NCBI GenBank assembly: GCA_002104905.1
Contig: MCFE01000550.1
Coordinates: forward strand, 1-59,426
Source of the DNA: Basidiobolus meristosporus CBS 931.73
Taxonomy: Eukaryota > Fungi > Basidiobolomycota
Direction: 5' to 3'
Length of the DNA: 59,426 nucleotides
Positions 38,520 through 50,207 of this stretch are shown piece after piece (positions within the stretch are counted from its first letter, which is position 1; every line of letters starts with the position of its first letter). Below the pieces are notes generated by a model. The model ran no database searches. It was not told the origin of the DNA and worked only from the letters and a program-made list of their open reading frames with translations. Made by a program: the position numbers and the translations under genes.

Positions 38520-41087
38520 TTAGTTGTCAATCAGTGCTTCCTCAAAGGCTCGTCTGGTTTTTGTGCCAAACATATGATGAATAGAATCTTGAATTTCGTT
38601 AGGAGTTCTGGAAATCCTTCTCGTCTTTTCTTGCTGAGAACTTTCATTGCCAGATGCTTGAGAAGGAGGTGGAACTACGTGACTGTATACCTCTTTGCTT
38701 CTTCTATTCCGCACTCTCGGGGTTTCCTGCGATTTTAATGGCAACTTTGCCAAGCGACTCCTCAAGGCGAAACCATAGTTGGGGTGTGTAGACCTTGTTA
38801 GTGGGGCGCTATATCGTCTTAATTCAGGATTCTGAGGCTCCTTCGGTTGGGCAAAATCGCTTGAACTATCCCCATCCCCCCTGGCTTCCGTCTCAAAATA
38901 TTGCAGCTTTCCCACCATTTCCCTTCTATCTCGGATTCTGGTCGAGTTGTGCCGTGTTAGCGAGGCTGGCCTGGTGCGAAGAGTAGGAACACGGAAAGAG
39001 CCGGAGCCAGCTTTATACATATGTGGTTGCATATTCGGGCTGGATGCTATTGATATTGCACTTCAGTATCGAAATTTGAGGGTCACTTGGTACATACGGA
39101 GATACCTGGGTCCATGCTCTTGTACGTATCAGACTCTGTTAGGTGTGTACTAGGGCAGTTATCTCTTCGAATATTCGGAAACTTTGGATTCCCACCATTT
39201 CGGGGGATGGATGACTCGTACCCTAAGCATAGCAAGGTTGATTCTATCGCATCAGCCAAATCCAAGTTTAGGAATGAATGGGCTGTCCAAGTAATGCAGA
39301 ATACCGACCTTCATCCTCGATTCCTTCCATCAAAAGATCTTCAATAGCAGACAGGTGTTTGAGGGTTTTCGGAAGAACCTCGTCTATCGTGGGTAGTTCC
39401 TTGCCGTAGTATTTCGGTGGGGTACGCGGTGGATTTACAAAGGGCTTCTGTGAATTGACCGATAGCGGACGACTCTCCAACTCGAAGCTGTCATCGATGT
39501 ACTTCTTTGAAGAGACTGGGAATCCCTCCCCCACTATCTCCTTGAACACCGATTCAGAACTTGCTTTTGCTCGCAGACGGTTGGTTGCCTGATTGGCTAT
39601 GAGGTACAGCGGTGGCTCAATAGATGCTTGATGAACCACTAAGAGTGGAAGTTGAATTACAATAGAGCTAGAGGAGCAATGTCATGCTGTGAGTACGGTG
39701 AGGCCAAGCACGTTGAAGCAAGCCGTCTCTTACTTAAGCGTTCGGATGAGCGTTACTTGAATTACGTAGGACACATCTAATAGCCGCGAACGTCTCACAG
39801 TCCTAGCATCACTCTGGAATGAAAAGCCATCAGCGGGCAGTGCAAAGGGAAGAAAGCGCATCACACATACCGGGATTTGTAGTCTGAGCGTACACTCCCG
39901 TTCTACCCCGTTGTCGAGACCTATCAGGATCGATTTGCTCTTGCATACCTGGCTTGCTACGATGGTTTGGTAGGAAACTACTGGCTCAGTGAGGTTCTTG
40001 GATGAGTACGACTTGAAGCATTGAACAAGTGATAGCTTGATGGCGGATATCTATTTTTGTGTGAGGTTTGCATCAATCACTGGACAGTGACGAAGTGTTT
40101 TCGCGGGCTCTTACTTTTCTTCTCGTTTCATTGCGGATTCGAATCCCAACCGGAATTTCATTACCTGCAGACCAAATTTGTTTCTGCAGGGAGCATTGCA
40201 CCTTTATCATTCCCTTACCTCCCAAGAAAAGCTGTCTTTGGCATTCGGTGATCACAGGGAATTTTAGCAGATGCGGAAGTTCGGTGGACAGTTCAATTCC
40301 CTCATAGACAGTCGCCTCCTGGTGGGTAATCAAGTTCCTTTTTCTGCTATGAAACGCTACTTCAACCGATCTAAAGAAGACACAGCATCAATACCAAGGC
40401 ACCCAACAGGAGTCATGATCCATCGAATCGCTGTATATACCAACCCTGCAATGATGTACCGGATCTCAGAAAATTGATTGGAAAACACGCTTGGTGCCGT
40501 CTCCGGAAGATTCAACGAAAATGGTAGAAACACCTTCCCTTTTCTGACGGGCCACATGCCATCAGAATCCGGGGGCCCTGTAGAGAGCTCCGGGGCTGCA
40601 CCTATCTCCACTGATTGCAGTGTTGTTGGCGAGACCAAGAAGATATGTCTATTGCATCTGGTTGAGATTCCTCGCTTGATGTTGGGTTTGTCCACGATCT
40701 CTAAGTAACAGGCGGATGTCCATGAGAGAGCCTGGAGGAATGAATCCATATTCAATCCTTACCTTCAAAGCCGATAACCTCTACACCAACTTTACCGATG
40801 CGCAGTTTTAGTTCTGTAGTGCACTCAATCTCTAGCTGCCCTTGTATATCGAATCCACCCACGTATAATGGATTATCCAAATGAATTTTGACTTTTACTT
40901 TTGGATGCCTGGTTGTTATATTGTTAGCTCGTAAACTTAACGAAAGGGAATTTCTAGAGCGATAAAATATTTGTCCATCGGGGGTGATATTGTTGTTCAT
41001 AGGGACCGAATCCACTAAAGCATTCTGCTTGGAGTCCCGTTCTGCTCTGGGGTAACGATGAGGCAAATTCAGTGGCAACGGGTTCAT
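38520..41087 (-). CDS. Arrestin-fold (alpha-arrestin-like) protein with a long disordered C-terminus; exon limits approximate
   Basis: VKVKIHLDNPLYVGGFDIQGQLEIEC, VFLPFSLNLPETAPSVF..IRYIIAG and VQCSLQKQIWSAGNEIPVGIRIRNET are arrestin N/C-type beta-sandwich patterns. Confidence 0.65.
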
Positions 41088-41989
41088 CCAAGAATGAATA
41101 CTAGAAGGCAAAAACTGCGGAAGATGCGAGGCTCAAGTAGCAATAGGAGACAGTGGAGAGACGAGCAACCGGGGGAATTTTACATGCTAAAGACGGCCTT
41201 CATTAAGTATGAAAATCGAAATGACCTGAAACACCAATACAATTAGATCTGATCAAGTTCTTCGGAACTACCTTTGAAGAATTGTTTGATCAGTAGCTGC
41301 ATATATCCGAGTATCAGAGTTCCAAAGACATGTTCTTTAGGGTAATAATCGCAAGGTTCATAATTGGCGCGTTTCTCAATACATGAGTAGAGAATTTGAT
41401 TCCAACTAGGTTCCATTCGGTGTAATGCCGCCTAATTGAGAGGTGGAAATGAACAATATGCCAAGAGCAGAAATCTTACGCCGTTATTGATGTTGTACAC
41501 ATTATGTAAGCTACAATGGTACTTCGATACTATGCCCTTTGCATTGGTTCGTCTCGTGTCGGAGTAATCAAAGTGTCTACCATATCTGGAATGAGAACGA
41601 ATTGATATTGTGAGACTCCCGAGGTGGATTTAAATCTCCTTTAAGCAATGATGAACATCCTCCATGTGGTTGGGCAGAAACATACGTTCTCTGATGTCAT
41701 CCGTTTCGCAAGACTAATAGAGCATGGTGATGCCCAATAAGTGGCACTTGGCTAGTTGTTAAGGTTGGACTGTTCAATGATCCATCACAATTAACTCACC
41801 ATCAGCGTGGATCATGTCGGATTTGCTTACAGCCACCCCAAGCCCACACATCAAACCACTTTAGTCACTCGACTTTTTTGCTTATTTTGTAAAGTACATG
41901 GCGTACCCACAAGACTGAAATCCTGCCCTTGCCTCCACGAGTTCTACACGATCTATTTTATTAATAGGGACAGTACATCAAGATGGTGG

Positions 41990-42574
41990 TCAAGCAGCGT
42001 TTTGCTTCATTGTCAAAGTAACAGGCGGTAGCACTTGCCAGTTCTTCATGCTACGACCAACAACGAGAACATTAACTGAAACATCTCCATACGGCTCTTT
42101 GGGAGTCCAAAGAAATTTCTGTGGTATCGGCTTTTGGTCTGCATTGGAGTTAGTCAAGATTGAATTTGGCTCAGATGGATAACTCAACAGGCTACATTTG
42201 TGATGAATGCTAAGGTGTTGCTCTACAGGTGCAAAGGAGCCCACTCTAGATTTCAATTTCTCCTTGGGCTCCACATAAATTAAGATCCCTTTGTAAAACG
42301 ACTCTTCCCCTACTAACTCTAATGGTATGGCTACATTTGGCTCGTACGTTAAGTTAGCCGCGTTCAACCTGTGAGGTGCTGCAAGTCAGTTGCTGACCAA
42401 TATGGGTCTTTAGATAGTAAAAAATTACCTAAATCCCAAATCCTCATTATCACCGCCCATGCCGTGCTTCATTTTTTCAATCTGGATCTCGCAAACCGGG
42501 GATCCAGCTGAATTCCCACTTACTGTGAGGCCTAAAAGAAGTCCAGTAACTATAAACTTTTCCATGAGGCCCAT
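41990..42574 (-). CDS. Secreted Reeler-domain protein (two exons)
   Basis: Signal peptide (MEKFIVTGLLLGLTVSG), then GSPVC, YKGILIYV, RVGSF, SILTN..K..FLWTPKEPYGDVSVNVLVV. Confidence 0.7.
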
Positions 42575-44606
42575 CTCTGACGGTGAAGAGTAGCGTTTGG
42601 GTAGAGTGGTAGGGATACGCAAAGATGCGTCGTATCTGTCATACCTTCTTATAAAGCATTGATCGTTTCTTGATTGTTTGAGGCAAGCCAACATGTATTA
42701 AACCGGATCTACATGAAACGGGTAGCTTAGTATACACTATTTTACCATGTGTGAGAGGTTGTTTGCATAGAACGTTGTACATCTGGCCATACCCTGCTGA
42801 AAGCTAGCTAGTACTCTCCGGTTACCGTCATACGCGGTTTGAAATAGGGGTTTTTCCCTATTGCCCTCTAAACTGCTCACTCATCCTAGTAACTGCACCA
42901 CTTGATGAGGTGAACTATGGATTTGGTCTAACTTTAGACATCTGCAAAGAGTCTGCTTTGAACACCAACACTGATGTCCGATTCTTGATAAACTGTGTGG
43001 CTGTGGTAAACATCCAGAACTCGTAAACGCTCCAAACGATATATATTTCCGAAGTTTCATGTCTGTCGACTATAGTAATGGCCATCCTGTTCTTCTGGTA
43101 CCTCACACTTATGTGCTCTATTCCCCAATGGACGGAATCATTACGAGTACTACTACTCACCATAATCGTGATCAATGAGCTGTGGCACATCCTCCATAAC
43201 TGGTTGCATCATTGACTAACTGATGTGTGTGGCCAAACAAATAATCCAGAATTCTGATCAAGGCGCCTGGGCAGTTAGCGGTGGGAATTACATTCCTCCA
43301 ATCGTCATCGCCTATCACCAATAGGTCTTCACTGGCGAAAGATTGGCTTTGGGGACTGCTCCAACGAATAGACTCCGGTTGATCGCCATAATCTGTGTTT
43401 AAAATGGCTCAGATCTACACCCAGCTCATATCTAGGTTATTCTCTAGCCCGCATTGATGTGATATGCTGGTACGGACACGACGGCCCAGTCACGTGATCG
43501 ACCTCGTTCACAAAAGGAGTGGTGCTCGCTCGTGAGTTTGGATTAGATCGCCTATATTAATTCCAGATGTTTGTTTGATCAAATCTACGTCACAAAATTG
43601 GTGTTGACGTGAAAGGAGTCTGACAGTAGAAGAAATCAATAGGCTAGCGGCAAAAGATTGGGCTGGATTACAATGGTTCCAGTCGCAGCAAGGATTGGCC
43701 AATCGCCAGAGCAATAATGGCCAATGACATTATTGCCAGCCTTACAACGATACGGTAACAACCTTTCTGAGACATTTGCGGTTCGGGATCAAATCAAAGT
43801 GCCACTCGCACTTGGCTGCACATCATGATTGTTGACTGCAAGGAGCACGGCTAGGGACTTGAGCCTGCCGTAACAATACTCCGGTGTGTTGCTACATACA
43901 TCACTCAGTATCGGGATTGTTGAATCTAACCAATTACCTGGTCTAGGAAAAGCCCCTGGTGAATCAGGGTGGTTATGGAATGATTCGATTGGTTTCACAA
44001 TAGAGAGATTTTCATTGTCACTTGTACGCCAAATCAACGATATCCCTCAACGAACCATTGGACGTGCAATGGCGGCTATCATGGTTAGCACATTCTCGTT
44101 CTTGCCGTGGGATCCTGAAGTGGAAAAAGCGTGTCGTCTGAATCAGTGATCTAACCTGACAATCATTCGGTGATTTTAGGAGTATTTTGCACACCACATC
44201 CTTGCTTGATTAAACTGCATGTACCACCAATCCAAATGAAGTCCATTTAGGCTTTTGGGACATTCCCCTTTAAAATCTCGCCAGCTGCAACCATCGATAT
44301 CCAATGGAATTCCTCAAGAGCGCCGGAATGCTATTGACTTGCCTAGTGACTCACCTCTTATAACCCTCGTTGCATGTTTACAAGCCTGAAATCTCATCAA
44401 ATTGCATCTCTTCGTTAACACATTGTAACTATTACCGTGGCTGCTAGACCAGTTGGGTAGCCACTACTTCTCCTTCAGCCTTTGGTCATAAGCACTTTCG
44501 TCACCAGCTTCTAGCGACACGACTTAAGTGAGACGTAAAACTTCCGACGAATACCCAGCTCTCCCTCTATCACATTGACTATACTACAAAGGTACATCTA
44601 CCAAGC

Positions 44607-45789
44607 ATGTCCCAATATCCTACATACAATCACGACAGACCAAGCCATGCTAATAAGGAAATAAAGTACGTTAGGCAAGGACATCCACTTAACGTACAAC
44701 AGCCTGATCCCAGAGGGCCTCGTGGTTACAGTAGCAATGGCAGTCTCAGAACCATCAACAGATATCCCCCCTCAGCTCAAATACAAACTCCTTATCCACC
44801 ACCCCAGAGAGCCCCACAATATAAGCAATCAGTGTATACGCGAAGTGTATACTCAGCTGCGCCTGGTTATCCCGTAAAACAAGGTTCCTGTCCACCGCTT
44901 CACAGCTTCGCGCAGTCCCCAGCGGAGGAATACGAGGCTACCTCCAACACTATGAGAAAAACAGCTCCTCATGGAATAGCGAACAAAAATCCAGGTACAT
45001 TGGGGACAGAAAGCCAAGCGTTTGCCGAAGGGACAGAGCCTAGACCGCTTTCTGCCCCCACGCCCGAAAACCCACCGGAAGACGAAGTATTAAATCTGAT
45101 GAACTACAAGAAAAATGAATTGGAAGTTATGGAAGATTTGGAAAAACCCGCAAAAAAAGGGAGAGGCGTGTGGCCTTGCTGCTGCTGTCCCGGTTGTTGC
45201 TCACGCAAAGTGTGCGTTATCACTACATTTCTCACCTGCATGATTATTGGAGTGGTGATTTGGTTGCTGTACCCGAAGGTTCCTTCCTCTTCCATCGAGA
45301 CAATCCAGCTTTCTGGGTCGCCACAAGTAAACAATGAGCAGCTACCATATTTTTTCAACGCGACCTTGATAATCCGAGTCAGTATGAACAACTATAATCT
45401 AATCCCAATAACGCTGAGCAAGCTTGAGGCAGTGGTAAGTGATCCTGTGTACAGGCAAATGGGCGATCGCTTTGCTGACTTTTGTTTAGGGCTATGACTC
45501 CAATACTAATTCGGAGATCGGTAAAGGGATTGCGGAGCACGTATCGCTGCCAGGCCAACGGGTCACGAGTTTCGAGTTTCCCTACGTCCTGACCTATTTC
45601 TTTGGCAATGTCTCCGATCCAACTTGGATCCATTTAGCTCGTTCTTGTGTCCCAACCCTGGTGAATTTCCCTGATCGCAGTGCTATGGCGGTTCGGTTTA
45701 TGGCCAGCATGTGGTTCCCAATATTAAGCTGGACCGGATGGGTTCCCAAAGTAACCTACCAAGGGAATTTTGTGTGCCCAGAGCCATGA
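44607..45789 (+). CDS. Single-pass membrane protein with a Cys cluster and LEA_2-like domain; intron at 45435-45489; last gene before the array
   Basis: Pro/Gln-rich N-terminus, PCCCCPGCCSRKVC before a TM helix, then NNYNLIPITLSKLEAV/GYDSNTNSEIGKG...VCPEP*. Confidence 0.6.
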
Positions 45790-46576
45790 TCATTCCGATG
45801 AATAATACATTTATGATTTTGACATTTCGAGTTCAGTGTTTTTAGATGTTTTCCGGTATAAATAAATCTCACTTATCTTCAACCTAGCAAGTAAATGTAA
45901 AGTGTCCACCGTTAGCTTCAGGATAAACTGGTGCATAAGCTCTCCTACGCTACACATATACGGGCTGGTATCCAGGCCGACATAGGGAAAAGCCTGTGAA
46001 AAAAGCAGAAACCATCAAGGAATGGCTGTTTACCACTCATTGATATCTAATCATGAAGCAGTCTTTGGGTAATGGAGCTACAGACTTCTTTTAACATGCT
46101 CCGTGACATGGGACTGCTGATTCAAACCTGATATCACCCAATCATTCTGGAGCCAAAAATTGTGGCTTGGCTACGTTATCAGAATATCATTTCTTGCCTA
46201 ATGATAATATGGTTTCAATGAAAGAAAAGCCGCATCGAAGTTTGGGGTATTCTCCATAAGATTGTAATTCTTGGCAATTTCCGGGACTTTTACAATTCAT
46301 ATATTCCGTCATACGAACTTAAATCAAAAGTACATTCTTGATGAAAATACTAAGGATGCCCCAGATGATTTGACACTTCGATATTGAACTGAGAAATCTA
46401 TTTGAATTATCAGAGTTCATTGAGTTTTTATTTCTGTGATTGATAAACTGTGGTCAAGCTCCTAATGTTTCTGGCAGGGCACTTTCCCAAAGCACATTCA
46501 CCATGAGTCCAACAAGGGCTGCTTAAAAGTGTCAATATTTGTCTGAGCTTAATATTCCCTATGAAAAAAAAAACCA

Positions 46577-46999
46577 TGATGATCCTGTCAAAAGACTGTT
46601 GCAAAATTGAAATCTCATGACCAAGAGGTAATGATGACATTAGGACACCCCAAGAAAAAAAACCAAGAGGAAGGAAAGTCATCAATATAGGTGAAATATT
46701 CATATGAATCCAGATAAGTCAATCTACAAATAAACAAGCCAGCTGGAAATTCTAAGTTCCCATAGTAATGACTAACCATGAGAAAAATAACTGTGATGAT
46801 CTAACCAAAAGGCTGTTGCAAAATCTAGATTCTGTGACTAAGAGATATTGCTGCTGTTGGCACACTGTGCAAATATTGTTGGAAAAAAGCCTTGAGAAAT
46901 ATTGTGATGATCCCATCAAAAGGCCATCACAGATTTAAAATCCTGTGACTAAGAGTACTGATCTCATCAGGACACTGTGCAGAGACCATTGAAAAATAA
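46577..46999. repeat. Degenerate ~110-bp subtelomeric repeat, 3 copies (46577, 46792, 46903)
   Basis: Recurring tgatgatc..caaaag(a/g)c.....a....a..(c)tgtgactaagag pattern. Copies 2 and 3 are 111 bp apart. Confidence 0.65.
46668..46768 (-). mobile_element. Decayed relic of an S-type element 3' terminus
   Basis: ggaaagtcatcaatataggtgaaat...ctacaaataaacaagccagctggaa aligns by eye to the terminus at 47061-47157. Confidence 0.75.
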
Positions 47000-47050
47000 T
47001 TGCACCCCAGATTTCACAAAAAACCTAGTCAAGATTTTTCATCACAACAA

Positions 47051-47977
47051 GGGTTAGGGGAAGGGAAAGTCACCAAGGTAGGTGAAATCTTTATTTGATT
47101 TCAGACAAGTCTAACTACAAATAAAGAAGCCAGCTGGGAATAGAAGATTCCCAAAGTAAACACCAAGTTGAATATGAATAAATCTAAGCTAAAGTTAAGA
47201 CAGTATCCCAGAGTACACTGGAGTTCAGGTTCATGGGGGAGTGAAGTAGATGAGCTTGAGAGACATAATAATCTTTGGGGAAGTGTATAACAGCAGGTGA
47301 AGGGGAGTCTTTGATAAGTGAAGTGAATCTTGAGAGCAGAGATTCCTCTAATGAGAAGGTCTTGTAAACTGGAGAATCAGGAAACTCTTTAAAGGCATGG
47401 TCAGTAGGTTCCCAAAAAAACTGGTCAGAGACATTTGAGAGAATTGTTTAGCAATACTTTTGTCAAGTACTACCTCTAGAGTGTGATGGTTGATAAATCT
47501 CATGTTAACAATCTTGGATAAGTTGTAACCTTGTTGCTTGAGATACATCCTATGCTCAGATATAGGAATAAACTCCACATTGGCAAAGTAGCAGACATCC
47601 CAGTCAGTAGCAGGAGGTAAATCAGAAGTGGCAGGAAACCTTCTTTTGGTCTTGGGAGGAGCAGCAGGATTTCTTGAGGAAGCAGGAACAGGCTTTTTGA
47701 CAGCTTCAGAGTAGGAAGAGTGAGCAGGAGCAGATGATTCTTGGGGAGTCTTGTTGACAGGAAGAGTTGGCACAGGGACAATAGATTCTTGCAGATCAGA
47801 GAAAGCAGAAAACAGCTTTTGAACTTGTTTCTAGAGTAAAGCATTTTCAGCTTCAACAAGTGCAAGCCTTTCCTCAAGGAAGAAAATCTGAAGGAAATGG
47901 AGTGAAGGCATCAGAAATAAGAAGAAGAGGCTAAGATGGGGTGGGTGGGTGGAAAAATTAGCAGAGAGAAGAGAAGG
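47051..47977 (-). mobile_element. E1: short ORF1-only telomeric retroelement (family S), inactivated copy
   Basis: Starts at gggttagggg followed by the conserved terminus. It is colinear with 51405-52330 along its whole length and has the same 5' end. Confidence 0.85.
47184..47911 (-). pseudogene. Disrupted ORF1 of E1
   Basis: Homologous to 51535-52263, with AAG>TAG near 47831 and a 1-nt deletion near 47436. Confidence 0.8.
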
Positions 47978-48640
47978 GGTAAGGGGAGGGAAAGTCACCA
48001 AGTTGGTGAAATCTTTATTTGAGTTAAGAACTAATTGTTGTATCCAAGAGAAAGTGTAACAAAACTCTTAAATAGTTTAACTGTACCAAAGGGACAATTA
48101 AGTGCAGAATCTTAGAATTGTCAGAGAGTGGCGGAAATATTAGCAGAAAGATTCTGATCTAATATTGGTCTTGGATATAGCTGGGTTGGCTATAATGACA
48201 ATGATATTTGTTTGCTAGGCAGGCTAGGCTTGGTGTTCTTTGGAGTGCTAGATATACTAGGCTTGGATAGAAACCAGAACGGAATTGTTGGATTCTTATT
48301 TTTTCTGAGACAGAATCTAAATTTTGTTGAGACACACACTAAACCAAAAGGTTCAGTAAACTTTATATATACTTTTCTGATCAAGTTGAATTAGTAAGTG
48401 CCAAGGGACTGGATAGATTGAAATCAATTTGAGTGTTCATAGGTGCTTAAGATAAATGAAAATTACATCATCAATCACCTGATGTCTTGGCAACTGCACA
48501 GTGGTTGGATAGATCTCAGATGACTAATCACCTGGGAAGGCTTGGCAGATAGGTTGATAACATAATGACCATTTGAAAATAGATCAGGTGTGATAGCTAA
48601 AAATAGATTCTGAGGTGGGATAAAATACACTGTAACTGGG
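47977..48640 (-). mobile_element. E2: ~660-bp segment with a B-type 3' terminus and a unique body
   Basis: gggtaagggg-agggaaagtcaccaagttggtgaaatctttatttgagttaagaactaat nearly matches 57372-57428 and then diverges. No recognisable long ORF. Confidence 0.7.
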
Positions 48641-48714
48641 TTAGGGGGGAGGGAAAGTCACCAAGGCAGGTGAAATCTTTATTTGATTGCAGACAAGTCT
48701 AACTACAAATAAAG
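48638..48714 (-). mobile_element. E3: terminus-only (~65 nt) S-type copy flanked by telomeric repeats
   Basis: gggttagggggg-agggaaagtcacc...ctacaaataaag-ggttaggg. It ends exactly at the distal arm of the larger hairpin. Confidence 0.8.
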
Positions 48715-48757
48715 GGTTAGGGTGTAGGTGTTATAGTAAGGGCTAGGAAAAGGTTAG
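48714..48757 (+). repeat. Decayed TTAGGG-type telomeric tract
   Basis: gggttagggtgtaggtgttatagtaagggctaggaaaaggttag. Confidence 0.55.
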
Positions 48758-48760
48758 AAG

Positions 48761-48831
48761 AGCAGGGGGTCTGGGGGACGCAGTCCCCTAGAGAATAAAA
48801 AAGCAGGGGGTTTGGGGGATGCAATCCCCTA
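48761..48831. repeat. Two 30-bp G-rich hairpin direct repeats
   Basis: agcagggggtctgggggacgcagtccccta (48761) and agcagggggtttgggggatgcaatccccta (48802). Confidence 0.85.
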
Positions 48832-48895
48832 TACTGCTCCCATACTCTTTAAATTCCCATTGGATTACTTTTCTCTCATTCTTGGTTCTGGTCCC

Positions 48896-48937
48896 TTAGG
48901 GTTAGAATTCCTCCTCCTAACCCTTATCACCCTAACC
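48896..48937. repeat. Telomeric units in opposed orientation (TTAGGG then CCTAAC)
   Basis: ttagggttag-aattcctcct-cctaaccct-tatca-ccctaacc. Confidence 0.6.
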
Positions 48938-49346
48938 ATAAATATTTTTACCCTACAATTGGCACATTGTCTGCTCATATAGTGGGCATGTCTGGGCCAA
49001 TATTTGTCTCCCTATACTGTCCATATGCTCTGTATAAGTCTTGATGACTATTTAATTAATAAATTGTTATTTTTAATGTATATCTAATAATTAATGGGAT
49101 TCATCCCAATCTGACCACAATCCCATATTTTGATAAGCTTTGGGCACCACAAATTGCGCGGCCCTAATATGATAAAAAAATTCATGGCCAATACAAATTT
49201 TCTGTAACCCAATTGCTTTTACCAAATATAAAGTGTATCCCAAAGTTCAATATATATTATGGCTATAATAGAAACTTTATTTGACACCATTGCAACTACT
49301 ACTTATGTTCTATGCGCACATGTATCCCGCAGGAATTGTAAAACTT

Positions 49347-49822
49347 AGCCACGTGGTACAAAAGTGATTTTATTTTTCATCATGATAGTTTAACATGAGT
49401 CCCTAACGCACTTTTATAGTGCGTGGTAACCATACCCCAACAGGTTTTAAGGATACCCACTTGCTACATTTACTTGTGTCTAGTGGGAGTTAGCAATCAT
49501 CAGCCGCGTGGTAATAAAGTGCTTTTATTTTTCATCATGATAGTTTTACATGAGTCCTTAACGCACTTTCATAGTGCACGGTAACCATACCCCAACAGGT
49601 TTTAAGGATACCCACTTGCTACGTTTACTTGTGTCTAGCGGGAGTTATCAATCATCAGCCACACGGTAATAAAGTGCTTTTATTTTTCATCATGATAGTT
49701 TTACATGAGTCCCTAATGCACTTTTATAGTGCACGGTACCCATACCCCCAGAAAGTAGTGTGGATGCTTACTTTAAACGCTCACTTGTGTATTGTACAGA
49801 CTATCAACAAACAGCCGCGTGG
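49347..49822. repeat. ~155-bp tandem repeat, about 3 copies plus the start of a 4th
   Basis: Units start at 49347, 49502, 49657 and 49813 (agcc(a/g)c..gg) and share ttttatttttcatcatgatagttt.acatgagtcc.taa.gcac. Confidence 0.9.
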
Positions 49823-50207
49823 GAATGGAACATCATAGAAAAGCATTGCTTTGTTGTTAGCAAGTATTGATGCGCAAATAGTGGTACTATGTGAATTATT
49901 GAGTAACTATTTACTCTAGTTGGTTCCAAGATATTCCTAGACAATATGCTCAAAATCAATATTAGCATCAATAGCTTGCTCTTTGATCACTAAACCACCG
50001 CACCCAATATGAGGTGGCCTTGGTTTTGTCTAGCTGTCAAGGAATGAAACCAGAGTACAGTCACAAGAGAGGCAAAAGTGAAATGTGATGAAGTAAGTGT
50101 ATATGAAAGTAATATAAATCTACAGGACAGAAGAGAACAACCAGTAGTTAAACAGCACTCACTGACACTCCACCAAGTAGAGCACCAACACGGACAATAA
50201 ACAAGTC

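Noticed and set aside
41648-41694. Box C/D snoRNA candidates (also 46904-46961)
   Set aside because: The C and D boxes are only about 47-57 nt apart, with no convincing terminal stem or recognisable guide.
46940-46972. Hammerhead ribozyme (CTGATGAG on the minus strand)
   Set aside because: There is no correctly placed GAAA or three-stem junction, and the motif is absent from the other repeat copies.
49347-49822. CRISPR array
   Set aside because: The units are contiguous 155-bp tandem copies without unique spacers, the context is eukaryotic and there are no cas genes.
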